A stretch of DNA of 64,000 nt from a virus. Positions within the stretch are counted from its first letter, which is position 1. Each line of letters starts with the position of its first letter. The notes beneath the pieces were generated by a model that had not been told where the DNA came from, made no database searches, and saw nothing but the letters and a program-made list of their open reading frames with translations. Where the stretch lies: the IMG/VR virus record IMGVR_UViG_3300031413_000569. The stretch is one strand, 5' to 3'. Positions 47,501 to 56,004 of this stretch are shown here, in pieces. The translations under genes were made by a program, and so were the position numbers.

Positions 47501-48372
47501 AACAATGGTTTGCTATGAATCCTAATAATTTTATTGTAGATATTGAATTTGATATACTCAAATTATGGACATCAAAACAACAAGCTTATTATAAAGCTGG
47601 TACTCTTGCACAAGAGTATGTTTTCTTGTTGGAAGAGCTTCCAAATTGGGAATGGAAAAAAACTATAAATGCAGCATGGGCAAAAAATTTTAGACAGGCT
47701 CTTACCTGGTTTGAATCATATCCATTACATAGCAATCTTAACATACCTAGTGACATTAAGGCTTTTCTCAAAAAACAGCATACTAACTACCACCAACTTT
47801 CTATCTTGCAGAAAAAAATGCTCATAGAAGTGCCAACATGGATAACAATAAAACTTGAACAAGAAAAAGCGAAAAACGCTTTGCCCAGCTCAGTAACTAT
47901 GTCTAAGCCATGGAATATGCCACGACAAATCGTAGAAACTATCAACAGCAAAGCAATTACATCAATAGTGCAACAGCTACTTGTAGAAAAACAAATACCG
48001 CTTCATTGGTCTAACCAATATTTATCAGTGGTCAACTATCGAGAAAATTATGCAATAGAGCTTTGGGAGTACCTACCAAATGAACTACTAAAATGGCTTG
48101 CTCAGCAAAAAACTGCATATAAAAGACAAACGCTTAGCCCGTTACAATTAGAGCTCTTGCAAAAAATTGATTTGAATCCAGATGTACGATTTATTTCTAG
48201 TTCTTGGCTATCTAAATATCAAGTAGCACAACAGTGGAAAGATAATAATAAACAAGCGAACATATTTGAACATCCTGATTTGGAAATATCTAGTTGGGTT
48301 GGCGCTCAACTTGCCAGGAAAAATTCTCTTTCAGAAAAACAGCGGCAGTTACTCTACTTGCTTATTGGATGA
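44572..48372 (+). CDS. Mrr-like restriction-endonuclease domain + SF2 helicase + about 8 helicase-associated (HA) repeats
   Basis: KGDLFE..D.GIDLV..AIQCK; AACGIGKS; FDEAH; MTATP; LTEGIDLP; DIVQAIGRVMR; W...Y..L..F.....P....L..W...Q repeats. Confidence 0.85.
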   Translation: MKHFSHLMRDLKNQSKNSTEKGDLFEKISATYLLKSPEFHFDNITIEKFEKWSRKHGAWSGQYIDLGIDLVITNLETDEHIAIQCKYRDEEFQNNLQYEAVSNFINQAKGDNGVKFKRLILITNLQDASKNLHSSLNLHNISFYGAHWFNETNLFLKTQYGFVPEKITDLSQLSAKPSLNNVFTARPHQQSIINSVEKALTYADKTTINAACGIGKSFISLKLIANSADTNSTNIIFVPTLMLAQQFIQFIHTQKTSKQSFETIAVCSDESVVEANLYNLDFNTSEITTLIAREADDITQFITNNKNSKSHKIIIATYHSAYKIKQSQIAAGWRANFAIFDEAHKTTTMRGQSALFIDAAKQIFMTATPRIIKTSKHNSFKEFSSMDNTDVYGKIDTTYSFRQAIDEDVLTSYKIEILLTEDKYVDYVNNPQKTYNPETKSEIHTQLLTIGKIGLELQKEKKIGIAYFNSVKASKLFVKVANSLAKDRGLIHQIAWHIDGSMTSSQRKLVIEEASLSGGLISNVSVLTEGIDLPELEAVIFAEARSSQIDIVQAIGRVMRKSMSNPQKVGRIILPLAATAEADATKAFLNNNQMTAIKNVLISLVEYDNVLYDAFIQAVSVDRKNYSNSDEKFKYLNNFINIFDFLPKMTQAEVSHFLDSLKFQILTIPTLNWWRSYSEYKNFYQKNNKNPIYAKNKNLTPNQEQDRLALWGQTQKALYNKNTLDSRKVEALEQLPSWYWSPSISIEWEKNLQLLHDFMQTNSSLPSTYAKKSAEERKIANWVAIQKRKYRKNALTFEQRKKIEHALGLSVESHPRTRTHWEEVYEELTNFIHKNNRLPFATSIDLHEKKLGVWRNSQKQAYMGTTVKALSNDQKEKLSALPLWDWGKKNISWDDAFEEVQIFIEKNKRYPIPSKTEEAMLGLWVNKQKTKHQNTQEYLKAKNIKPLSEIQKTKLSSLPNWYASKEDSWLDMCSQLEQWFAMNPNNFIVDIEFDILKLWTSKQQAYYKAGTLAQEYVFLLEELPNWEWKKTINAAWAKNFRQALTWFESYPLHSNLNIPSDIKAFLKKQHTNYHQLSILQKKMLIEVPTWITIKLEQEKAKNALPSSVTMSKPWNMPRQIVETINSKAITSIVQQLLVEKQIPLHWSNQYLSVVNYRENYAIELWEYLPNELLKWLAQQKTAYKRQTLSPLQLELLQKIDLNPDVRFISSSWLSKYQVAQQWKDNNKQANIFEHPDLEISSWVGAQLARKNSLSEKQRQLLYLLIG

Positions 48373-49211
48373 TGTGTCCGTATCTGCTCTTCACTGAACG
48401 TTGCAGTGGGTTGTAGGTCTGCAGGTAGTGGTGTGGTGTTGTAGCCGTTCCCTGTGATGCTTTCTTTGAGCATGTAGGTTTGTGATTTGGTGAGGAGTGG
48501 TGTTTTCATTGTCCATTCTGTTATCTGTGCGAGAGCATTGTGGAACAGAATGGGTGCTGGGAATGTGAGCATTGGTTTACCGAGTACGCGTGTGATGCGT
48601 TTTACGGCTGTGGAGAGCGGCAGCTGTTCAGCTCCAACGATTGGGACTGTTTGGCGGCTGAGGCGCCCTTCTGCGGCTGCTGTGATGATGTTTATGAGGT
48701 CTTCGATGGCTACAGGTTGGATAAGGGGTTCTTTGTAGCCGAGGGTTGCGAAGAGTGGGATGGTGTTTGCCGTGTTGACTATGTGGGTGATGAGGTGGTC
48801 ATTTTTGCCGTAGACGATTCCTGGTTTGAGGATGGTGTAGTCAAGTCCTGAGTTGCGTATTTTCTGTTCTGCTTTCCATTTGGATTGATGGTAAGCAGAT
48901 TTGGTTCCGGGTCTTGCTTTGAGGAAGCTGAGGTAGATGATTTTGTTGACACCTGCTGCTTTGGCTGCGTCGATGATGTTCTGTGTTCCTCGTACATGGA
49001 TGTTGAGGTAGGTTTGGTCCCCTTTTTCACGGTTGATGCCGGCGGAGTGGACTACGGTGTCGCATCCTTGGAAGGCTTGGGTGAGGTTTTGGACATCGTT
49101 GATGTTGTGTCCGTTGGTGCGGGAGATGATGACAGTGTTTTCTGGTGGGAGTGTGTCGATGTAGTGTTTGCCGATGAACCCTGTTCCACCGGTGACTGCG
49201 ATTTTCCCCAT
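48354..49211 (-). CDS. NAD(P)-binding atypical SDR / epimerase (NDUFA9-like)
   Basis: IAVTGGTGFIG, VVHSAG, YHQSKWKAE, YTILKPGIVYG. Confidence 0.85.
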   Translation of the reverse strand: MGKIAVTGGTGFIGKHYIDTLPPENTVIISRTNGHNINDVQNLTQAFQGCDTVVHSAGINREKGDQTYLNIHVRGTQNIIDAAKAAGVNKIIYLSFLKARPGTKSAYHQSKWKAEQKIRNSGLDYTILKPGIVYGKNDHLITHIVNTANTIPLFATLGYKEPLIQPVAIEDLINIITAAAEGRLSRQTVPIVGAEQLPLSTAVKRITRVLGKPMLTFPAPILFHNALAQITEWTMKTPLLTKSQTYMLKESITGNGYNTTPLPADLQPTATFSEEQIRTHHPISK

Positions 49212-49243
49212 ACTGTTTCCTTTTGTCCTGGTTACAGTGTAGG

Positions 49244-49249
49244 TATCGG
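49244..49249 (-). promoter_or_regulatory. CCGATA element
   Basis: ACCGATAC about 33 nt before start 49211. Confidence 0.55.
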
Positions 49250-49325
49250 TTTTTGGGGTGGAGGTTTGTGGACAGTTTTGAGCTGTTGGAACACATGCTG
49301 ATAAACTGATCTGTGTAGCTATCTA

Positions 49326-49604
49326 TTGAAAGGGACTGTTGTTATGGTGATGCCGAAAGATTTGCGTGCTGGTTGGGATGATTTGGATCATGAGCAGGGT
49401 GTTGCTCATTTGGAGAGAGTCCAGGAGCATGTTCAGACGGAGGGGGATAGAATCCTGAAGCGTATCCAGGAGCTGGATTTGCCTGAGGGTGATCCTTTGC
49501 ATAATGAGGTGGCAAGTGTGTTGGGTTTGGCGGTTCAGGGTTTGGGTTCTGCTGTTGATTCGCTTGTGTATCCTCCGAGGAGCCGCAGGAAAGCTGGGTT
49601 CTGA
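49326..49604 (+). CDS. Small helical hypothetical protein
   Basis: Short ORF after a CTGATA element. Confidence 0.5.
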   Translation: MKGTVVMVMPKDLRAGWDDLDHEQGVAHLERVQEHVQTEGDRILKRIQELDLPEGDPLHNEVASVLGLAVQGLGSAVDSLVYPPRSRRKAGF

Positions 49605-49675
49605 TTCTTTGAACTGGAAACAGCTAACGCCACAGTCTGCATGTCGGGACTGTGGCGTTAGCTGTATTGTGGGTG

Positions 49676-50317
49676 TTAGTAGAGGATGCCTGCACCGTGG
49701 ACGGCAAAGGTGGCGAATGCTCCTCCTGTTATCCAGATTCCCCATGACCAGATTCGGTTGGCGAGGATGAGCTTCCAAGCTCCTGTGCGGGTGACGAATG
49801 CATGGCGTTCTGCTGTTCGGAGTTGGTTGTTGTAGATGAGTCCAGTGTTGATGATGATGCTGTAGTAACTTCCTGCAACTGCAAGTGTTCCGAGTCCCCA
49901 GAGGGCAATGTCTGGCCAGTCTGCGTCAACATTGTTGACTTGGGTGATGATGTAAATGACCAGGCTGGCGATTCCTACGGCGGTGAGTAGGAAGTTGTGG
50001 GCGAAGGTTCTGGTTTGGGCTTTGGCGTTGAACCAGTACGCTGGGTGTTGGGTGTGTTGCCATTCATCTGCAGGGATTTGAGTTTTGGCTTCTGCAATCA
50101 CTTTGCGGTGTTTGTAGATGGAGATGATGGCAACTGTGATGACGTAGAGTGGAGCGACGAGGATTAGTGGGATGAGGAGAGCTCCTGCAAGGAAGGCTCC
50201 TCCACCTGCACCGAGGACACCAAGGATGACGTAGATTACAGCGTAGAGTGCTACCAGACCAAGAATGCCTTGTCGGATTGGGGCTTGGGCCTGTTCGTTG
50301 CTTTGCAGAGTGTCCAT
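49676..50317 (-). CDS. Integral membrane protein (about 5 TM)
   Basis: Several hydrophobic helices; RBS and CCGATA element upstream. Confidence 0.75.
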   Translation of the reverse strand: MDTLQSNEQAQAPIRQGILGLVALYAVIYVILGVLGAGGGAFLAGALLIPLILVAPLYVITVAIISIYKHRKVIAEAKTQIPADEWQHTQHPAYWFNAKAQTRTFAHNFLLTAVGIASLVIYIITQVNNVDADWPDIALWGLGTLAVAGSYYSIIINTGLIYNNQLRTAERHAFVTRTGAWKLILANRIWSWGIWITGGAFATFAVHGAGILY

Positions 50318-50360
50318 GTGTTTAGTTTACCAGGTTTGGGAGGGTTTGTGGTGCAAATGT

Positions 50361-50366
50361 TATCGG
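50361..50366 (-). promoter_or_regulatory. CCGATA element
   Basis: ACCGATAA about 44 nt before start 50317. Confidence 0.55.
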
Positions 50367-50416
50367 TTTGGGGTTTTGATGATATTCTGGATGAAAATTT
50401 AGGTTAGGTTTGCAAT

Positions 50417-50707
50417 ATGTACTCTTTTGTTGTCACTGTGCCGTCTTCGTTGAAAACTGTTGAAGAGGCTAAAGGTTTGCTGCTGGATGTGCCAGCAGAT
50501 TCCACGGATGTGATTCTGAACTGCCAGCATGCTAAAAAGCTGAGCGAAGAAGTGTGTGATGTTCTGGTGAAAGGTTTCACAGTTGATTTAGGGTTCAAGC
50601 TGAACGTGTTGGAAGCTAAAGCTTTGACTCGCATGAACATGACTTCATCTGTTGTGAAGTTTGATGTCAAAGATGAAGTGGTGTTCAACCAGTTCGTTTA
50701 TGCATGA
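50417..50707 (+). CDS. STAS-like (DUF4325-like) small protein
   Basis: DVILNCQHAKKLSEEVCDVLVKGF resembles the STAS pattern. Confidence 0.45.
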   Translation: MYSFVVTVPSSLKTVEEAKGLLLDVPADSTDVILNCQHAKKLSEEVCDVLVKGFTVDLGFKLNVLEAKALTRMNMTSSVVKFDVKDEVVFNQFVYA

Positions 50708-50761
50708 TAGTGTTGGTTTCATGAAACCTTCAGCTGGCAATGACATTGTTAGAAATAAAGT

Positions 50762-51130
50762 ATGACTACTTCAACTAAATGTCGGGCTAAGAACCCTTCA
50801 GCTTGCACTGACCCAAACTGTCCCAGCCGGAAAGGTTCGGCTGCTTCTCAAGTAGCTAAGACTGAGGCTAAGGCTTTGCTGCGGAGAAACAAGCAGAAAG
50901 ATTTTGGGTCCATCAGCACTGAGGGTTACTGGCATCTTGAGCGGATGACAGTGAACCTCAGGGAACTTACTCAACCAGTTGTGAGTGCTGAAGCGAAGCA
51001 GGAAGCCCGAAAGATTGTTCGGGTTGAAGATTCTGCAAAAATTGATTTAGGTGCAGTCACGAACAACGTTTATGAGTATGCTGAGCAGTTGTCTAAAAGC
51101 ATCCGAGCTATATTAGCAGCAGAGAAGTAA
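50762..51130 (+). CDS. Protein with N-terminal CRAKNPSAC motif
   Basis: TKCRAKNPSACTDPNCP. Confidence 0.7.
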   Translation: MTTSTKCRAKNPSACTDPNCPSRKGSAASQVAKTEAKALLRRNKQKDFGSISTEGYWHLERMTVNLRELTQPVVSAEAKQEARKIVRVEDSAKIDLGAVTNNVYEYAEQLSKSIRAILAAEK

Positions 51131-51167
51131 TAAGAAGCCTGTTGTTTGCGGTGCAAACGTACTTGGT

Positions 51168-51215
51168 TAGAGTAAAAAGGAACCCCTCCAACTGGAGGGG
51201 TTCCTTTTTACTCTA
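51168..51215. terminator. Bidirectional terminator
   Basis: tagagtaaaaaggaacccctcc-aact-ggaggggttcctttttactcta between convergent genes. Confidence 0.9.
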
Positions 51216-51226
51216 AAACTTAGGTT

Positions 51227-51943
51227 TTAGTGAACTGCACGAGGGTTTCTTTCCAAGGCTTTCTTGTAAGTGTTGTAGATTGACCAGCAACCAATAAGCT
51301 GTTCATCATATTCTTCATCACCGTAGCTGTACTGTCTGAAGTTTTCATGCTTCATGAGTGATTCATGCATGACAATAGCTGTTTCTTCTTCACGCAAACC
51401 CAGCTTCTCAGCTTCTTGACCGTACTGGTAGATGGTGTGAACATTTGCTGGTGTGAAACCCCAGTCGTCTTCGATGTGGGGCGTGTTGCCTGCGGTTCGG
51501 ATTACGTCACCTTGTGCGAACTGGGAGATGCCGCCTCCGTATTCGACAGCGTTGTAAGCAACAACCATTTGTTCGTTTCTACGGCTGTGAGTGTTACCTG
51601 AGTAGAGTCTGTCGACTTCTTTGTTCAGAGTGTCTGCAAGGGTCTTGTTTTCTTCTTTCTGAATGTCGAAAGAGTCGTCTTTTGTTTCAGTTTGCCCTGT
51701 CTGTGCGTTAGGTACGTTCTGAAGGAACATGAAACGGTAAGTTTTATTGTCACCTAAGTCACTGATGGAGACAAGGTGACGATTGTCCTGGGTGACTCGT
51801 TCGACGGTGACTTTCTCGAAAACTACCTGTGGTTCAGTGTTTGAGTCATGGAACGGTTTAGCGTATTCTTCGTATTTGCGACTGAAACGGCCATGGTAGC
51901 GGCAGACTGACGGGTTGGCTGCACGGCAGGTTGTGTTTGGCAT
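51227..51943 (-). CDS. Protein with N-terminal CRAANPSVCRYHG motif (start placed at MPNTT)
   Basis: TTCRAANPSVCRYHG. Confidence 0.7.
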   Translation of the reverse strand: MPNTTCRAANPSVCRYHGRFSRKYEEYAKPFHDSNTEPQVVFEKVTVERVTQDNRHLVSISDLGDNKTYRFMFLQNVPNAQTGQTETKDDSFDIQKEENKTLADTLNKEVDRLYSGNTHSRRNEQMVVAYNAVEYGGGISQFAQGDVIRTAGNTPHIEDDWGFTPANVHTIYQYGQEAEKLGLREEETAIVMHESLMKHENFRQYSYGDEEYDEQLIGCWSIYNTYKKALERNPRAVH

Positions 51944-52091
51944 GGAGTAAGCTTTCTGTTGTTGATGAGATATCTCTAACTGGGTGAGCAACCTCATTAT
52001 GCGTGTGGTACAAGTCTACTACATTTCAGGAGCTTTCAGTAGCTGATGAAGGCTCTCATGACATCAAGTTTCTTCAAGATGGAGAATTGTG

Positions 52092-52655
52092 CTATTCAAG
52101 TTCGATGGCAATGCTGTTTCTTAGTTCATCAACCATTAGTCGTCTGTCTGCAGGTAAGTATGACCAAGGCGTTTCTTCTATTGTGTTGACTTCATATTCT
52201 CTACCGAAAGCGTCTTCCAGCATAAAAAGTCCTGTTTGTTCATCAATGCCACCTTTGAATGCATCTTCAAACCGTCTCATAGACTCTGTTCCTAAATCTA
52301 CTCGGGAAGGCTTCATTTGGAGTACATATTCTCCTAAACTTTCCAAGTCATCCACGTCATAGTATTCATCGTTACTTCGATTCTTTTCGAAGACCCTGAA
52401 TGCTTTCTTTAGACCGAAAGGAACCCGTCGAACGCTGAACTCATTCAAAGGAGCTTCTCCTGCTTCTGATGTGTCTACATCTACATCACCGCGTTCTACA
52501 AGTTCGATTAGGGTCAGGAACGCTGCAACTTGATTGTGCACACGGTCTTCAAAAGGGAAAGAATGTTTTTGACTTGTGCCGTTCTGTACGTGAACAAAAT
52601 GAGCATATGTGTGTGGGAGTTGTAATAGTTTTGTCATGACATCAAATTTCTTCAA
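52092..52655 (-). CDS. Acidic hypothetical protein
   Basis: ORF coupled to the upstream gene. Confidence 0.65.
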   Translation of the reverse strand: MKKFDVMTKLLQLPHTYAHFVHVQNGTSQKHSFPFEDRVHNQVAAFLTLIELVERGDVDVDTSEAGEAPLNEFSVRRVPFGLKKAFRVFEKNRSNDEYYDVDDLESLGEYVLQMKPSRVDLGTESMRRFEDAFKGGIDEQTGLFMLEDAFGREYEVNTIEETPWSYLPADRRLMVDELRNSIAIELE

Positions 52656-53013
52656 GATGGAGGAGGAACTTCAGGTTCTCTAAACGGTATGCTGTTACTC
52701 GGACTCGATCCGAAGATACATCCAGTATGAAGTCAGGTCCTATAGTAGGGGCAGAAAATTCGACTTGTCTACTGGGTACAGATATCACATGCTGCACAAG
52801 CATTGGATGATTTGTAACGAGAGGTTCGTTGAAATAAATATCTGCATCTACGTCAAAGATGTCACAATCTTCTACTCCTAAGTAGACACCATGTTCACCC
52901 AAGTAGTAGCGAATGTTATCTTCGTCTTGCCAAATATTTTCATCTAATACGTGTGGATCGGCGATTATAAACTGACCGAAATACCAGTACAGTTTTTGAA
53001 TGTAAACAGTCAT
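52642..53013 (-). CDS. Small acidic beta-rich protein, weakly resembling polymorphic-toxin immunity proteins
   Basis: YFGQFIIAD...LGV.D.D..DV...I; family not assignable by eye. Confidence 0.55.
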   Translation of the reverse strand: MTVYIQKLYWYFGQFIIADPHVLDENIWQDEDNIRYYLGEHGVYLGVEDCDIFDVDADIYFNEPLVTNHPMLVQHVISVPSRQVEFSAPTIGPDFILDVSSDRVRVTAYRLENLKFLLHLEEI

Positions 53014-53041
53014 ATCAAACCTTCTTTTCTCTTATATAAAG

Positions 53042-53047
53042 TATCGG
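53042..53047 (-). promoter_or_regulatory. CCGATA element
   Basis: ACCGATAC about 29 nt before start 53013. Confidence 0.55.
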
Positions 53048-53137
53048 TTTTGTTCGACTGTATGCATGCTTGCAGCAATACTATTGTTCTGGTAAACTGT
53101 GTTCATATTTGTTGGCAGATAGAAAGACTACTGGTTT

Positions 53138-53656
53138 ATGCAGCGACTTGTGACGCGTCAGGGTTATGTGAAGTTTTGGCGTTTGGGTCCTATCGAGTTT
53201 GGTGAGCAGTCCCGTTGGAGTCGAGCTCCTCGCAGTCGTGGTCTGTGGGCTTTCCCGTACCCTTTCTACGATTTGTTCTTCACCTGGCACAAGTACATGG
53301 ATTTGATTCCTAAGAACCTCCGACCTGAGCATAACCCTGATTTGGAGATGGGTGAGCAGGAGGAGTGGGTGAATAAGGTTGGGCGCAAAGTGTTGCCTAT
53401 CCGCGAGTTCTGGTACAAAGGTGACCTGTTCACACACTTCACTCCTGCTGGTGAGGTTGGTGACCCTGGTTTGATGGGTGATGAGACTCATTGGTCTGTG
53501 ATGGACGCTACCAGGTTTGCTCGTTGCATTGCCAGCACTGGTGCTAACAAGTCCTTCTACCGCAATAAGGACACTCTTGAGCGTATCGATACGTCTGTTG
53601 ACCACATGGAGGTTTTCATTACCCCTAACATGGGGAAGATTCGAGACCGTCTGTGA
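53138..53656 (+). CDS. Aromatic-rich hypothetical protein
   Basis: RAPRSRGLWAFPYPFYDLFF; coding-like composition. Confidence 0.7.
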   Translation: MQRLVTRQGYVKFWRLGPIEFGEQSRWSRAPRSRGLWAFPYPFYDLFFTWHKYMDLIPKNLRPEHNPDLEMGEQEEWVNKVGRKVLPIREFWYKGDLFTHFTPAGEVGDPGLMGDETHWSVMDATRFARCIASTGANKSFYRNKDTLERIDTSVDHMEVFITPNMGKIRDRL

Positions 53657-54884
53657 TGCGTTTGAGAGGAATTTTATCGACTATTTCAAGCCACATGTCA
53701 TCTGAAATAAGGACTGTCGTAACAAAATATCCAAATTCTTTTGAATATAACCTTATTTCTTTGTTGTTGGCAAAAAAAGACCAAACAAAGATATTGTCAG
53801 TAGTTTTGTGGGGGAGATTCAACAAACTAGCAACAAAAGCTAAAACTTTTTTGAGTAGAGCCACATCCACAATATAAGGGTAATCATCAGCCAAGTTAAT
53901 TCTATCTACTATTTCTTGGAGATTAGAGTGTTTGAAATCCTTAAAAAAATGAGAGACTTGCTCAACCGTATAAGTAGTTGTTTTTTTACCCTTATTTGAA
54001 AAGTCGTAGTTTGAATACTCGTTAAGAAGTGCTTTATGCTTATTTATACTATAATCCATGTATATGGAATATGGATTCATAGGCTTTCTCAATAAGGTGA
54101 TACTTTGGTCGTTATGAAACTGTTTTGTTTTTTCTTCTGACTCATGTAGGGCGTTGGCTATTATTGGTATTTTTTTCGCAATTTGTTTAGTATCTATTTG
54201 ATTTTTTACCTCATCGAAAAGTTCTGACAAGGGTTGAGGAACCATTATGCTTTGGATAAGGGAAGGAAGAGAAGGTAAGAATGACCTATCGCATCGATCT
54301 GAACGTCTGTGACTTTTGCAATCTGCTTTAGTTTGTTCTAGGACAATCTCATAAATAGTAAAATAATTCGACAAAGAGGCTAAGAGGTAAGGATTCATAA
54401 GTTGGACCAAACTACTTTTATAGTTATCCAAAGGTTTTACAAAAACATGCTGGTCATGATTTCGGATACGCCTAATCAAGTCTAGATTTTGGTAAAAGGG
54501 ATTGTTTAATCCGTATCTTAGTTGTCCAAATAAGCCTGTAGATAATAGCGGATAGTAGTGCGTTTCTTTATTATCCTGCATTTTATGCTTGTCTGGTCCT
54601 AAAAATATAGATTCGTAATTTGGATGCTCAGAAAATTTATTCAAACAAGCTGACAGAGTATACCTGTGACCATTATCAGTATCTTCTATAAAGCAATTTG
54701 GTTGATTCAACATGGTGTCTGTTATCCAAAGAGAATCCCAAGCTTTGTGAATATAAGACAGACTCTTGAGAGTATCTCTTGACCTTAAATCAGAATAATT
54801 TTGAAAAGCGTCAATTAATTCTTGCGTAGAAGAGTATAAATATTGACATGGGGTTTCAGAATTTTTAGTGTTAGGCTTTCTCAT
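53625..54884 (-). CDS. AT-rich protein with a HEPN-type RNxxxH motif
   Basis: LIRRIRNHDQH in a helical region; low-GC cassette. Confidence 0.6.
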   Translation of the reverse strand: MRKPNTKNSETPCQYLYSSTQELIDAFQNYSDLRSRDTLKSLSYIHKAWDSLWITDTMLNQPNCFIEDTDNGHRYTLSACLNKFSEHPNYESIFLGPDKHKMQDNKETHYYPLLSTGLFGQLRYGLNNPFYQNLDLIRRIRNHDQHVFVKPLDNYKSSLVQLMNPYLLASLSNYFTIYEIVLEQTKADCKSHRRSDRCDRSFLPSLPSLIQSIMVPQPLSELFDEVKNQIDTKQIAKKIPIIANALHESEEKTKQFHNDQSITLLRKPMNPYSIYMDYSINKHKALLNEYSNYDFSNKGKKTTTYTVEQVSHFFKDFKHSNLQEIVDRINLADDYPYIVDVALLKKVLAFVASLLNLPHKTTDNIFVWSFFANNKEIRLYSKEFGYFVTTVLISDDMWLEIVDKIPLKRITDGLESSPC

Positions 54885-54893
54885 TTTACTCGG

Positions 54894-55451
54894 TCACTCT
54901 TTCACGTATAAACTGATATCCAAAGATTTTATATATAAATCGTAAGCTTCTGCTATTTGTTCATCAGATGGCTTGTCTTTGTATTCTTCTATTGGAATTT
55001 CAGATATTAGCTTTTTTCTAAGCCAAGATTCTTTCCATCGATACACATTAGGATGTTTTGGAATTCTAATTTTTTCATCTTCTGGCTTCGGGGCTAAAGG
55101 ATAATATGTGTTAGCCAAGGGACCTCCTGGTCCATAGCGTCGATGTCCAGGAAAAATTAGCCATTCTCCTGATGCTTTTATTTTTATCATACTACGTTTA
55201 ACTGTTGCAGAAGAAAGTCCCGCAGACGCTGCAATTTGTTCCAGATTTGGATGAGCCAGCTGGGAATCGGTATTCCAGTAAGGAGCAATGCTGGCTGCAA
55301 CGAATTTGGGGGTACCGCTTAATGTTGAATGTCTAAGTGTCCATTGAGATAATCTGAAAGAATTGATTGGGGGTCTAAAATCTCCAATTGCATTCTGAAG
55401 TGAAAAATATGTTTTACTAATAGCAAATATACTTAAATTATTGTTAGCCAT
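54894..55451 (-). CDS. Winged-helix (HTH_36-like) DNA-binding protein
   Basis: HPNLEQIAASAGLSSATVKRSMIKIKASGEW...NTYY. Confidence 0.7.
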   Translation of the reverse strand: MANNNLSIFAISKTYFSLQNAIGDFRPPINSFRLSQWTLRHSTLSGTPKFVAASIAPYWNTDSQLAHPNLEQIAASAGLSSATVKRSMIKIKASGEWLIFPGHRRYGPGGPLANTYYPLAPKPEDEKIRIPKHPNVYRWKESWLRKKLISEIPIEEYKDKPSDEQIAEAYDLYIKSLDISLYVKE

Positions 55452-55466
55452 TGTTCCTTTTATCTA

Positions 55467-55502
55467 CATAATGATACTTGAGCACCTTGCATAATGATAC
55501 TT
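55467..55502. repeat. Two perfect 13-bp direct repeats, 23-bp period (operator/iteron-like)
   Basis: cataatgatactt at 55467-55479 and 55490-55502. Confidence 0.8.
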
Positions 55503-55506
55503 CACC

Positions 55507-55512
55507 TATCGG
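55507..55512 (-). promoter_or_regulatory. CCGATA element
   Basis: GCCGATAG about 56 nt before start 55451, next to the direct repeats. Confidence 0.5.
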
Positions 55513-55650
55513 CATTATGAGCCACCAACAATAAATAAACATCTAAGCCAATTTATAGAATGGTCGAGCTTTGCTTGAGCCTCGACCCCCTTCCACTGGA
55601 ATCTACACCAAACAGGGGCGAAAATTGGAGCCAATATGTACTCTAAATAT

Positions 55651-55950
55651 TCAGTACCTTGGAAGTTCGAGTAGGCTGTCTGTTACGCCTTCTTTTGGCT
55701 CGCTTTTGAGGTATCTTCCTCGAATACGGTCTTCAGTTATTTGAACTTCAGTGTCACTGCTGCCAACGTATACAAAGATAGCTTGTGGGAATCTTGCCAT
55801 GAGGTCTAACCAGAAGATGAGATGAGATTTCTCCTGGAGTATCCCGTTAGCGTAATAGTGAGTGATGTAGGACTCTTCTTTTGGTGATTCAGAGTGTAAT
55901 CTGATTCCCATAATTCTTATTGTCTTCACTGCTCTTAGCATTTTGAACAT
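55651..55950 (-). CDS. DUF3892-like small protein
   Basis: ITHY...FVYV....V.I......YLKSEP....DSLLELP. Confidence 0.55.
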   Translation of the reverse strand: MFKMLRAVKTIRIMGIRLHSESPKEESYITHYYANGILQEKSHLIFWLDLMARFPQAIFVYVGSSDTEVQITEDRIRGRYLKSEPKEGVTDSLLELPRY

Positions 55951-56004
55951 CCTTAGGTTGGGTTATACCTTTGGTTATCTGCCTTCAACCTGTGTGGATG
56001 CTGT

